Assembly: GCA_000934665.2 (NCBI GenBank)
Contig: KZ537986.1
Location: forward strand, 62,001-126,000
Reading direction: 5' to 3'
Length of the DNA stretch: 64,000 nucleotides
Source: Catajapyx aquilonaris
Lineage: Eukaryota
The notes under the pieces are model-generated. The model saw only the letters and a list, made by a program, of their open reading frames with translations, was not told the DNA's origin and made no database searches. Both the position numbers and the translations under genes were made by a program. Shown here piece by piece: positions 14,101-28,024 of the stretch (the stretch's first letter is position 1; every line of letters begins with the position of its first letter).

Positions 14101-17100
14101 ACTTTTACCTAACGTGTGTTGAGAGCTTCAATTCATAGAAATGGATATATCTATGTGTCGACTCCGGATCACTTGACAAATGGCGGAAAGTATACGCAAC
14201 AGGCGTGCTCTCAACCACGTGAAACTGCCCCGGGTCGCCACTCGATAGCAATTTCTCCTCACGCACCTGTACAGTCAGCACCGTTGCCAATAATCGAAAG
14301 GGTAGTAAGCAGAACAAGAGGAACGACCCCATCTCTGCGGGGCCCGGCTGTAAAGGGTCTCCTTTCCATCTTGGCCAGAGGGGGAGGTGATTGTCCCCAG
14401 AGCGAGCGCCATTGCAAGCCGCACCGCACCCATCCCCGCCTTTTGCCATTCTTCGCTCGGCCAAGCGGGGATTACCCGCGCCGCTCGTCCAGACAAAATC
14501 CAATAGGCAAAATGTCCATTTTGTATTATGTGATAGGACCTCGGCGAGAGAGCGGGGGAAGACCGCCGCTTTGTTCGAGCAGAAAATGCCTCGTTCCAGT
14601 CAAATCAAACAAGAAGAGGGACTTTGGAGTGGTCGTGAGCGTGGGTGGGTGGGTGGGTGGGGGACGGAGGAGGAAGGCCAGGAAAAAGGAAGGAAGGAGA
14701 GAAGGAGGGAGAGAGAGAGAGAAGGGACGAGAGGAGCCTCGGGAAGCATAGAGACCATAAAATCCGAGACTGGAGATGATTTCTGGTCTTCCAGGTCTTT
14801 ATGCCTGCCGCCTGTGCACGCTTACAACTGCCAAATGGAAAATCGATTGATGGTGCGAGCTTAGGTGCGAAACGCCCTGACGATACACCATTTCGCTGCT
14901 CTGCTTCCAGCTCTGGAATTGCTACCGATTTACCTCCTCTCTCCAAGATGGATCTTCCAGAATTGTTTCTCATTCACATCGTGCTTATGCCGGCTCCAGT
15001 CACGTCGGACAGCTCCCGAGTAGCGCTTTCCTACGAATCCGCGACTAAATGGACTGGCAGCTGAGTTCGGCACGTTCCGCTGCATATATGGCCACGGCTT
15101 AAACCCACTCCAGATGAAAAATACCCACCCTCTTCTCCGACACTGCCGCTTCGATATACTACACTTCTCGCCTGCATAAGGCAGCTGCAGCCGGTTCCAC
15201 AACTGTGACGCCGGTACTTCACCATCAGGCAAAAAGGCAGAAATGACCGGTGCCAGCTAGCAGAGGGCTCGAGCCACTCGCTTGCACCGAAACTGTCAAT
15301 ACCGTGGAAGTAAACACGAACATAATTGTCCTCGAAAGTCGCATTAACATTGACAAGATGTTACTGTCGTTTCAAGGAAACCGCATTTTTCCCCCCAGCT
15401 GTCAGCTCCTTCCCGAACAGTAATGCATCTCCTCGACTGCGCTTTAAAATTTGTTCATTTCAACCACGAGTCAACTCCTCCTTTCCAATACTAACTGGAA
15501 GCATTCAGAAGCAGTCCGGGGTAAAGGGCAACGAGGAATAAAAAATATATATATTATACCAGAGAGAGGCCCGGGGAAAAAAGGCTGCTGGATGGGGCCG
15601 AGGGATCGGGGGGAGGAGAGAGGAAATCTGAGGGAGGAGGAGGAGGAGGAGGAGGAAAAAGGCAAATATGCTGGGACGTTCGTCACGGATGACTGTTCAT
15701 GGAATACCATCGGGGAAAGGAAAGCCGCCCGGTGAAACGGTCAGCAAATGCGACATTGATATCAGCAAATGCTCACTTTGGAAAAGTGGCAGTCAGGATG
15801 GGAGATGGGAAATTGGAGGGGAAGAAGGGACGGGGAAAAGAGGGAAGGGAAAAAGGAAAACGCCCAGGAGAGATGGAAAAAAGATAACGCAAAAATGGCT
15901 CATCTCCCTGGCCGTCACTCATCTCCTATCCGACAGCGCACGACGGCCCTTTCGGCTGGCGAATACTAAAGAAGGGGACCATGTATTTCACCCCCCTCAA
16001 AAAATGGCCGAACCTGTCTCGCAATCTCTCCAGAGGGAAACAAAAGTACCTGACGCGGAACGGAAACTGTCGCTTTCACTTAAAAACGCATATCGACAAA
16101 CATGGGACTCGGAGATGGATAAAAATTGCATTACCGAGTTTTTGTAGCTTATTCCGTAGATTAAAAAATACCTGAAGGATTGCGCCTTCATGATTCGCTA
16201 AATTTAGGCAAGGGATGCTAATGTGCAGACAGTTCACGGGAAAACCTCGAGTCACTTCGGTACTGCATAAGTGACATTTGTGGGAGGGCGACCTTGATAT
16301 ATTTTTGAAGCATTGGAATGAACCGCGTACCATTGGACATGAATTAGCGAGACCAGCTGTGACACAGGACTGAAACTGTTCCCAAAGTGACCCCCAACTT
16401 CTTAGTATGCTCGCCACTTGGTGTTTAGCCATCTGCTTGTAATGGGGCCATACCTCGCCGGCCTCCTCCTCCTCATCCCCTCCCTCCCTCCCCTAGAGTC
16501 CTCATTTCCACCAGATGCATATGCATGGTCACAACGACAAACTTGCAGGAACCAACTTCCTCTCCCATCCCAAGGTTTGAGTAAGAGTGGACTCGCGGGC
16601 TGAGCTGACGTCAGTCCCTGCCCAGGCCAAGCCAAAAGATGACAAGACAATTCTCTCTGTCGGCAGATGCAGTCCACCAAAATCCCGCAAGCCCCTCGCC
16701 TGACTTTCTCTGCACAATCAACCCCTCCTGCCAAGAACGAATCCGAAGGCAAAGCCCACCTACTCTCCCAGCTGGTCTCTTGGGTAAATAAAAGCACATT
16801 CGGTGCGAAACTCGGACTGCCTTTTCCTGCCGCCGGAATTCTCTCCGTCCCCCTCCCCTGCCCCTCACCCCATCCAAACTCTTCCGTTCCGGGCGGCTAC
16901 ACCCGTCGGAGCCGCATCGGCAAGCAGCTAGCCCAAGCCGCTAATGACCGGGCCCAGACTAATTGCTTCTTCAATGATTGCGACGGGAGAAGAAGAGGGG
17001 AGAAAAAAGGCCAGCAGCCAGCGAGAAGTGAGATCGGAAGTAGTGAAGAAGGAAGGAGATCGCCATCTCCAACCATCCAGGGAAAGAGTCTCAAGCGAGC

Positions 17101-20100
17101 AATGAAGCCAAACAGAGGATTAAGACACCAGTTTTTTTTTGGCCAGGAATTGCAGATATTTTTCTGGACGCGATATGTGCCAATTTCTGAGCAGAGAATA
17201 CCTACACATATTCCTGTACAATAAATGGCATGTGCAATAATCAAGTCGCCAGCCTAATCATGTGCACGGGGCATGAAAACAAAGTTGGTGGAAAAGAGCC
17301 ACGTAATCTGGCCACGCATTAGTTCTATCCAGTGATGTTTGTGTTTAAGTAATTGTGCCCGGTTAAGCTTATTACGCGTAAAAAGCTTTCGCGCGCAAGG
17401 CTGAGTGAGGTCGGGCATGTCGAGTACACACAAAAAGTGTAAAACAATAGACCTGGTTTACTCGATGGCTAAAAATCTCTAGCATTTGAATTAATGAATG
17501 AATAATTGGGTTTTTAATCGCCCCTTCAGCCGCGAGCCACCAGGGATGCAAAAGTAATAAACTACTCAACAAGGTGCTAGAAGCTAGAACGGCAGTACTT
17601 TGTAACGCCTTGTAATTGTCACTTGTCCAATCATTGGGCTTATTGGATACGTCACTCTGAATGGAAATAATAAATGCGTGACATGAACTCGTGACAAAGC
17701 AAAGGGAATTTGAATTAAATCCACTTCAGATGGTCTAGTTGAGCATATGCACTAAACTAGTGCCAATGTAGGCTATACGCCCAAAATGGAAGGAGAGAGA
17801 AACCCTGGTCAACCTATATCCTCTTTTTTCTTTCCTCAATCTTCAGCTCCATAATAAAATTGCCCCCCATGGACATTCCGTCCCCGTGTCCAGGATAAGA
17901 TGAAGGCCAGCACCTGCGTTACCACCAACCCCCAAAGCGAACGCCCTCCTCCATCCTGGAGTCAGCAGATGTCCTGAACAACCTTCATTAGCCGCTGGTC
18001 TCCAGCCTTACGTTCACAAAAATGTCCACTGCGGTCCCAATATCGCGGAATTGGGCATGGGGAGGGGGTGTCGCCTTGGGGGGGAGGAAAGAGGGTGGGG
18101 GTGGGGACCAGACGGTTACCAATGTCTTTTTTTTACGCTCCCCTTTTCTACCACCCACAACTTGGACATCAGCACGCCCTTTCCTAACAACCTGCCTACC
18201 ATTCCAAGCCCTCGCTTTTTTCTGAACACCGTCCCTATTACCGGTATATACCGAGGTTTATGTAGACGTCAAACAAAAAGCGTGCTATCAGAAATCCGCA
18301 AATCACGAGAGGTGTGTCACATCTGAGCAATAACTCAGGTCGCCGCCCAATATTACTCCAAATCCTCCAAATATAGCATTACCGACTTGAAAACCCACGC
18401 TCGGCGGCGCAGAATTGAAAAATTATTCCTCCCAGCCCACAGCGGGTTATGAAAGCTATTTTGAGTCAACCTGAGAGTACAAGCGAGAAGCGTGATTATT
18501 CTTTCCCCGCGACCCGGTGTAACCCTCCCCCCTCCCTCTCCCTCCCATTTTTGGCCCCACACGACAGCTGCCATAACGGTGGAAAGCCCGTCGCGCAATG
18601 ACGGCCAGGGACATGGGAATAAAAGGCGAAGGGCCGAAAATTAAACGGAAAGGACGAGGACACCGCCCGAAACAGAACAACGTGGGAAGGGTCACGAAAT
18701 GATGTCGCCGGAAAAGAATGGCAGGGCATTTTCAATTTCCTCCCTTTGCGCTCTTCTCCGTTCCGGATATTATACTCGGCTCTGATACATGGGAGCAGGA
18801 GCAATACACAACAAGAGACGAGAAAAGAGCAGAATACACACAGACACACCGGAACAAAAAGAAAGAAAGAAAGAAAGAAAGATTAGCAGAAAATGAGAAG
18901 TCGCTTCCTGGAAAATACTGCTTCAAAGTTGACAAGAAATGAGCAAAAGGAGAGACAAGAATGGTTCTGCCTGCCTCCCCTGCCTTGTCCTGCTGCACAG
19001 AATATATTAAAGACGTCAGAAACGCTCGCCAAGTGCAGAATTGTTGTCCAGAGAACCTTGTACAACATCTTACTACACCAGAGCAGACAGTAAACAACTC
19101 GAATGAAATTGGGCGCTCATCTAGACGGCTCACTTCGGGATCCCTGTAAGATGGGGGCCCCTAAGTATCTAGAAGCAATTACCCGCGGCGTCTTTGTCTC
19201 GCTGCCACGGGACTGCCCGGCAGCAGATTAATATCAAAGCCTTGTGTGTGCCGTTTTTTCTGTAGCCTTCCCCCCCCCCCTCCCCCCCACCCCCGTCCGT
19301 CCGTCTCCTTTTCTAAGGCTACCCCAGCCCAGCGTCCACTCGTCGGAATGGCAGCCAAGCCCAACACCACCATCCATCACCTTCCCCGGCAGCGTGCCTT
19401 GCAGCAGCCTTCTGGCCGCGGGATGCCATGAACTGGCCTGGCCCCATCAAAAGAAGCTTCTCCATCTTCTCCCCCGATTTTCTCCATCCATTGTCCTTCC
19501 TCCCCCTCGCCGCCCCTCTTCCCTAAGCGCCTATAAATGCCACCCCTGATGCAGGACTAGCGACTTATACCACACCGAGGAGCCCTTTTTTCCCATCTTT
19601 GTTGCGCCTTCTATCGACTCCTGCAGGGCACTGCTCTACCTGACGTCACGCCCACCACCTCCACTCTGCAGATTGAATTAATTCTCTGACCAAGGCTTGG
19701 CTTGAAACCGAAAGTCAGTCCCTTCAGTCCCTCTAAAACCACAACTGGCAGAGGACAAAGCAGACTTATTCCTATTCCGCTTGGTAAAGAATCCCGTATG
19801 CCCACAGTGCACCTCAGGTAGTGTGAATGCTGCATTAGCAAGAGATCACTACCCACCAGCCAGGTCCATCGGTAAGGCTGCCCTCGAGGGGATGGTTCCA
19901 GGGAATATTTAACTGATTACCCGAGTGTCAACCGCGATTCCTCCGAGACACAAATTGTTCTACTTCAGTTGAGGGACAAAGAGGTTAGGCTGGGATGGGA
20001 GCGGAGGGTGGGGGTGAAGCAGCAGCAGGCCCCTCAACCGGAACTGTTCTGTCATTTGAAACCCAGGCAGACCAGCAGAAGTTCGTTCCAGTGCGGCGTG

Positions 20101-21059
20101 CCACTGAGGTCCCTAGAGGTCACAACCGCCGCACACACCGCAACTCCCTTAGAGCCGTACGGAGGTCTATGGCCACCCCACTCCCACGATAATTCCTCCC
20201 CATTTCAAACACACACGCATCCCCCAAGCCCCATGGAAAAAAAAAATGTTAGAGTTCCTGGGTTGCTCTGCCTCAGTTGACAGGAAGCGCCCATGCCGGT
20301 GTCACCGCTTCCGTCACCCTTAACTCATCTGCCATGTGACTGCTTTGGCATCACTTTGGCCTAACAATGGTCACGGCTCCACACAATGCGTTTCCCTTTC
20401 CCGCTCCATTCAAAATCCACCCTAATACGGACGTGTACAATGCGCCAGAGATTACTAACGTTATCAGCACGACAACAATATTTCGCTGTCAGGCAGCGGA
20501 ATCGAGTGCTAGGTTATGAGGAGTGGGATGTTGCTCACGTACATAAAAAAGTGACAAAAGGACAGACCACTTGCACAAAAAAATGTTCGCATTTGCACGT
20601 TTTTTACTCCAGGCTTTCCAAACCATGCAACGGTGTTAATTTAAGCGGCAGTATACTGCATATACTGCCTTTTCATCAATCATCATGACAAGCCTGTAGA
20701 AAGCGGCTACACACTTCTCCATAGGTAAATTGTACAGTGCAGTTACTGTGCATGCATGCAGTGTAATAGTGGATCTATTGGGCGAAAAATTCTTTTCATA
20801 ATCATATGGACACGCACACAAACCTCCTCATACTGCATGACATACCGTTTGGAACCTGTCGATAGCAGGGTGCATTCAAACATGAGCTTCAGGCAGCGGG
20901 CATGTGGGGGGAAATGGAATAGGCCAACCTCGTTTAGGCCTTGTCTTTAAGCAGCATTTTACGTGCACATGTTTTTACTAAATTCAGGCATGCAGGCGTC
21001 AGCCGAAATTTAATTCCGCGTCACACGGCCCTATTCTCATTTTATAATATCTGGCAAGT

Positions 21060-21060
<1 letters not shown>

Positions 21061-21124
<64 letters not shown>
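21061..21124. repeat. (GA)32 microsatellite
   Basis: Read directly from the sequence. Confidence 0.98.
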
Positions 21125-21129
<5 letters not shown>

Positions 21130-23924
21130 TAACTTTGCTGCGAGTGTCAACAATGCACGACATGAACTTTTAATTGATTCTCAATTCAATCACGGAGCAA
21201 TTTCTCACACCCCCTGTGCGGCACATTCGCGTTGCCCTATAAAAATATGAACCCGTATGGTGCACCAGTGCAGCAACCTACTTACTGCACTTACTGGACT
21301 GCCTCTAAATGCGTGAAGTATAGAGCCGACCACAATAAAAAACGCATTACTGGCACATTGCGGCCAGAGCAGTTTAAATCTCCGGCCTAGCCACAAACTC
21401 CAATTAAACGCGAGGGCTCTACGAATTTCACTTGATCAACATTCCCCGCTAGGTCTCACACAAAGCTATATAGTCACATGGAATCCCCGAGCCTTTCTGT
21501 AGGCCGCTCGGCGTCTCATCTGTAAATCACCTAGGTAGAAAGAGAGGAAGGGGCAGAGGGGAGGGAGGGAGGGTGAGGGAAAGCCATCATTCCTTGGGCG
21601 TGACAAAACCCCCGCAAGGAACCTCCTTTCCTCGCGACGCGCCTTGTCAATCGGTGTCAGAAGAGGGGTAGGGCTGGGAAAAGGGAGAATTAGGAGCGTT
21701 TGCAAATTGAATGACGTGGAGCGTAACCAATTGCTTCGGAATGCCGGTTGCCAGGTGGAGGAGGGGATGGAGGCAGCAGGGTCGGAGGATAGGGAATGAT
21801 GGGGGGAGGGAGGGAGACCAGAGACGGAAAAGATACGGAAGAGAAAGTCGTATGAGATAATTACGCCGCTCATTACTCTTCGCCAACACTAAAGGAGTGG
21901 GATGGAGCGGAAACGGACCCTATTCGCTTCACTCGTCGCGTTATTGGGGAATGGGGAGAGGCGGCCAGAGGTGGAGGGGTTGGTTGGATGGGAGGGGTGA
22001 GGTGGGTGGGATGGAATGGGGGAGGTAGGGAGAGTGCGAGCCGAGAGAGAGAGAGATGTATCGAAAATGAAATCTATTCCAGGAATTTTTACATGCCGTG
22101 CACGATATCGACGCTTTTCCAGCCCATGTAGATACGGAGCCCTCTCCCGGGCCACCACCGGGCGCAGTTTATGGATGTCGGGGGTTTAGCAGCGCGATTT
22201 CCATCAAGCCGCACTCAGGACTCCATGTGCAGTAAATTGTCACATGAACCACTACAGAGGTCCCATTACGCTGATCTGACTAATTAGCATTGCATGTACT
22301 AGTCAATACCGTTCACAACTGACGACTTGTCTTGGTGACAAACGCTGGAATTTGTTCCAGGGGTCCGAATGAAATTGCGCCGTGCATTAACTCGGTTCGC
22401 CGCAAAGTTCAAACCTCCAGGCCCAGAGGTACAAGTTTTCGGAGCTAATTGCAGGAAACAACAACAACGAGAACCTCCCCAAAAAAGGAAGCAACACGAC
22501 CTTCCCTCTGATGCTTGTTGCAAGCGCATCCCCGAGATTTCAGAGCAGCCAGAACTCTCTCGGGCTGCAGCAGCAATGTAGACATGTGGAAAGCAAGACA
22601 AGAGACGAGACCCGCATCTCTGTGCTCAGTGTTTCATCTCGAGCTCGCCTTTGATAATTTAACTGTCGCAAACACAACGAAGTGAAACAAACGACTTGGG
22701 GAAAAGATTATGCGAATCGTTTGAAGCAAAGGGAATGGCGAATCTCCTCCCAGCCGGTCCCGCTTTTCCCTTGTAACATATGCATTATTGAACAGGCGGT
22801 GCAGGTTATACAGGCGGCCCTTTGCCGTCCTTCCTCCTTTTCTCTATTCAAACAGACCTTTGCGCTTCGCCAAATATCCCTGGGGATTCCACATTCAAAA
22901 TATGAATACAAAAATGTAGGCAGGGACCGCCTCCCCCTTCTCCCCCTCTTATTTTCTCTCATCCCAGAAACCCACATTTTACGGCCAGCATGTTAACATG
23001 GACGCCGTCAAAGGTTGGTTACAAACGCCTTTTTGGATAGCCCTTCTTCCATTACAAAAGCTCTCGCACGTGGATACATCGCGGTGAAAAGATGATGCAG
23101 CAGAGGAGAGTGAGATAGAATTTTCAATGAACGAAAAAAAAAAAATCGCCACTAATCTTGACTTTTTTCGGGTGTTTTTCAGCTCCGACCTATGCTCCCC
23201 TAGCCCCACTCGTCAGAAACTGTCAAACACAACCCTGCTACTCCATCACGAAAATGCTTGGCATCAGTGTATGGCAAAAAAGCCCCCGGTAATCTCGCAC
23301 CTCAATCGCCGACCAATGCATATATGAACAGAATAAATATATGCATTTCCCCTTTAAGCTGGAAACGGACACCTGCTGTGCATGAAATAACACCTCACTT
23401 CCACCAGCAGAGTATGGGGGCGGGTGTGGGATGGATGTAGGGAGGGAGGGAATAGCTCTGGAAAAAAGAACACATGGCACTGTGTGGCAGCTCTTTCAAA
23501 TATTTCCGCTTGGGAAATTACACAATTACGGTGCCATAATTGGGAAGACCAACTTGTACGAGAAGAACTTTCCCTTGCTGCAAAGCGCCCCACGTTGTGT
23601 ATGGACGAGAAAAACTTGCAAAACGCATTCAATAAAAATAAGGTTCAGGCATGCCAAACTAGCTTTACGTCCATCCACATAATAAGGCATACCACATTGC
23701 AAGCTTAAATTCCCTGAAATGCGCGGGACTCAGAACATGGCACAGCAAACAAGCTTGATCTGCGTCAAAGCTGTCGCATCCCCTTCCATCTGGACCATTT
23801 TCTTTGGAGGGGCTCGATACACTCATTAAATTCTCACAAACACCACAAGCCCCTACCTAGCCCATTTGCCTCCAATCGCGCTGCCGGAAAGCAATTGGGA
23901 AACTTTGATTCTGGCGCCCACCTC

Positions 23925-23931
<7 letters not shown>

Positions 23932-23963
<32 letters not shown>

Positions 23964-23973
23964 TCTCTCTCTC
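23932..23973. repeat. (TC)n microsatellite with one interruption
   Basis: Read directly from the sequence. Confidence 0.95.
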
Positions 23974-26900
23974 AAATAGCAGGGGAAAGGGGGCTGTGTG
24001 AGAGGGAGTGGTGGGGGAAAGGGAGTAAGGGGGGGTGGGGGTAGAGAACCACATTATGATGAAGCAGTTACGAGAGCAAACTTCGCTTTTAAGGCGCACC
24101 GAACCTGCCCGACTGTATCGTTCCTGCTTCACTTCCCACCAAAACCCTGAGTGCAGAGTCAGTTGCGATTTTAGGCCCGGACCCACCGTATCAAAGTCTT
24201 GTTAAGAAATTCGCCCCTGGAGCAACCCCCGATAAATTGTCAAATGGCAAAACTTGCAACCAGGGCGCCAACTATTTTTTTAAAGAGGTTGGCACTTTAT
24301 AAACAAAACTTTTATACTACCACAAGTAGTTTGTGAATAATTAGCTGAGATTGACCAGCTCCCCCCCCCCCCCCTTGAATTGGAAACTCGATTACAGAAA
24401 CACCATGTATTAACTTACTTTCTTGCAGCACAAAAAAGGTGAAAAACATAACAGTATAATAGAGCGCACTAAAATTTAAACCAATTAGATATCCTATTTA
24501 ATTGGGTCATCCTAGTTCGATGCCAGCTGCCAGCCATACTGTCCAAGCTTTTTCCTTAGGCTTCACTGGTCAATTCCGCCGTGGCATTTCAGAGTGGGCT
24601 CTAGTCACTTTCCTATACACCAAACCTGAACATCTGCTCTCCCCAGTAGAAGGCGCGTGATCGTGATGTAAATAAAGGGGAAGGTGTCAAGGTTTCCACC
24701 TTTATCCAGGGAAAAAGGATTATTTAAAAAAATCATCATATAGGATAGAATTCAGCTCACTCCGCAACCTATTCGCCTGCAGTTGGCAGGGGGTCAGTAT
24801 AGTGCCTCATAACACGTGCCATCTTGACGCAACCCCACCGGAATGGAGATGCCTCATCCTCCAGACTTGGCATAGAAAGAATAAAATCGGGAGAATCTCA
24901 CCCATTCCCGAAAGCAAAACCCTTCTTAGCTGAGCAGCGTGCCTCCAAACCGACTACTTTGCCTCCTCGCTTAATTTGACGAGCGGTAGGCGATCTCCCA
25001 TCACTCCCTTCGCTCACGAAACATAACCCCCACCCCCATCTCCTCCCCTGCTACATCCACCGCCAACCCCCCGGTAACACTTTCCCCCAACCTTTGCAAA
25101 CTCCAGTCTCCGTGTCGAGGAACGGCGTCACGCTAACCCGCTCCGCCAACTTATCGCCCCCTCTCGTCAATTCTACACCAAAGTAGCGGGGAGAGAATGC
25201 ACTAATCTGTGATCAATACAGCCGCCGAGTGTAACATGCAGTATCTCAGCTCATTCAACCGCCTCGCCCTCCCACCTCCCCTTTCCCTCCCTCCCTCCCC
25301 CCTGTATATCGCCTGCATCCCAGAACTGGACCCAGCGTGGCCATTAGGCCGGCCGCAATAGTGAGCCCAGATCCCCAAACTGGCAGTTCGCGTGCCTCCC
25401 AAGGCTAATCATGGCACCCGAACCCCAAAGCTCTCAAGGTGAGCCCGGGGACTCCCAAGAAGCACAACACGGTCGCCAAAGCAAAACTCGCCACAAAAGC
25501 CGAGGGGCCTTAGCGTGCAGGCACACGGAATAAATACGGGGGGGAGGAAGGGGGGGATCAAAATCCACCCCGAGTCCAGAAACAGGGGCGTGCATGAAAA
25601 GGTACGGCGGTGTAAATGACCCTACCGCTCTCGCATACAAAATGGCAACCCCGGGCCGGTGCGCTATATCCAGCACTCAAAATTCGCCTAAATGAGAGCA
25701 GTGATGCTCCTCTTTGAAATATAACAGGGTCAAAAAAATAACGCAGGATCTGAAATGTCACACCAAGGTAGCAACTGCAGTGTGCTAATATCCATGCATA
25801 ATACAGTAGTGCTGCAACCTGCAATATGTCGCGGTTAAGCTTTTGTTTGCCACTTTTTGTTGTCGCCAGTAGCACAAGCGGCGCAATTCACCTCGCACAT
25901 AATGGGCACAATTCCTCTTCACAATGCTGTAAAGTATGTCACATACAATTCGGGCACGAACGACAGTGCCACCGTTGGTACTGAGTGACATACTGCATTA
26001 GACAGACTAATAGGTACAGTGTCACATAAAATAGTGCCTCAACTGGGCCAACATTTTCGTGTTCTGTAAGGATACGGAGGCAAAATGCCACAAATCTGCT
26101 GAGAACCTAAAGCTAAGGGGAAATTAGTGACAACCTGAAAATTTTCTTTCATTTCTGGACGTGGTTTCCGCTCCAATAAAAACCTGTCACAAAAAATCAT
26201 CGACGTATTAGCCTTCGCCTTTTCTTTCCAAAATACCAGAGATAGCAGACCATCAAAGGTAAAGCTGCGCACCCATTTTGGGCTCCGCTGTTCCCGAGAA
26301 CGAGGCCATCGGAGGCGAAAAAGTCAAAAGCAGTAGTGGTGTTAGGCAGGGATTGAACCAGAGGGGGAAAAGCGAAAGATAGGCTTATATCCTGATGAAG
26401 GAAGAAGAGCAAGGACGGTTGCACTTGGTTTCCTCCTTCCCTCCCCAACCTACCCCCCCCCCCTCCCGCTTCCAATGGGCCGTTAACTTCACTCCGGGAT
26501 GGGCTTGGCTGGTTCTCCCGAGAAGCTGCTTCTCTAGCTCCACGGACATTCTTACCAACTCTAGCCTGCAATCTTTCTGACATTTACGGGCTCCCTCGGC
26601 ATTTAGCGTCAATAGGGGACCTGAAAAACTGATCCCTACTCATCGCTGATAACGCCACATTCGTCCCACTCATCCTGCCCGTCACGCAACCAAAGGGACT
26701 CCATTCTTCACCGCGATGCCTAACACCCAGGATGTACCTCGCTTCACCAAACACGTCGGTTGCGACCCGTAATGTACTCGGAAACATACTGTTAGCAAAA
26801 TCTTGTGGTCCCCAATATCTCGTGGGATAAGAAATGGTTACAATGACATGGGCGGAGGGAACGATGGAGGAGCTAATGACGTCTTTATATCCAATAGTCT

Positions 26901-27964
26901 TTTTAAATGCACTGTCCCAGGTTCAGAAGACGGATGTTGGATATATGTATCGTTCACCGTTTATTTATTAGTAGCGTTATGTAAACAGTCCATAATTTCT
27001 CTTTAACTGGGGACTGGGGCAGTGAGCCACCCTGTACACATATGTAATAATACTGAACGTCGCAGCATACAGAAGTCAACTTTCAACATTACATACAGAT
27101 TAGGCCTACTGTATTGCTCTCAAAAGCAAAACATATTGCAATTGCAAACAAATATCTTCTTTGACCAAATCTTAGCGCAAGAAGAGGAAGAAAAATCCCC
27201 AAAACATTTTTTTTCTTCTGGGCTGATAACGAGATATTAAACAGTTCCAACTAATCAAGGATATAAAACGGTCTTGGTAATTGATGCATGTTCGCCCAAT
27301 TTATCACTAATTAATAACACTCCAAATAATCAGTTGGATATTGCTAAATGATCAACAGTTTGCGTGAATATGGTCCATTTAAACCCTGATACGCGGGTAT
27401 GGTACCTTTAGCTTGAAATGCCATGACAACTTCCTTTTTTTTAAAAAAAAAAGCCTTACTAATTCGTGCCTAAGCCACCATGGTAGTATCTACAAATTAA
27501 TTCGTGCTCTGGCGTTAGATTCGCATTTCTTGGAACGTGTTATTAAGTGCAGAATAATCGTCAGTAATGGATACCCGAGAAGCTTCTCCCGACGAAGTGC
27601 AAACCTGTGGATGTTCCCAGATGCCTTTTCGTGCTTCAAGCTCGTTTCCATCAAATTGTTAGTCAACATGCCCTTTCCTGGAGTGAATTATTTACCTGCA
27701 CCAACATCAACCGATTTACACGTCAGATAGTTTGTGCCCAGTTTTGTCAGTTATCATCATTTTACAGCCCGGCCCTTCTGTCCATTTCCGAGGGCAAAAG
27801 CAGTAAAACAGACGCAGCCAAAAAACTGACGAACCGGTAATAACAAACACGCAGTGTGCCATCCACGAAACAGTACAAATGAAATTAAATCGATATTTCT
27901 ATGACAGTGTGTCAACACAGCCTCCGCCCTGACATGAAACCACAAGTGCCCCGCTACTGACGAA

Positions 27965-28024
27965 TGTGTAGCAGAAATATTCGGATCTATTCTATAGAAT
28001 AGATCCGCATATTTCTGCTACACA
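27965..28024. repeat. 60-bp near-perfect palindrome with no spacer and one mismatch
   Basis: TGTGTAGCAGAAATATTCGGATCTATTCTA|TAGAATAGATCCGCATATTTCTGCTACACA. 29 of 30 positions are complementary; the mismatch is 27981 T against 28008 C. Confidence 0.97.

Noticed and set aside
26347..26420. GGTTCAATCCC B-box-like motif on the minus strand (tRNA or SINE)
   Set aside because: No A-box at the proper distance and no cloverleaf.
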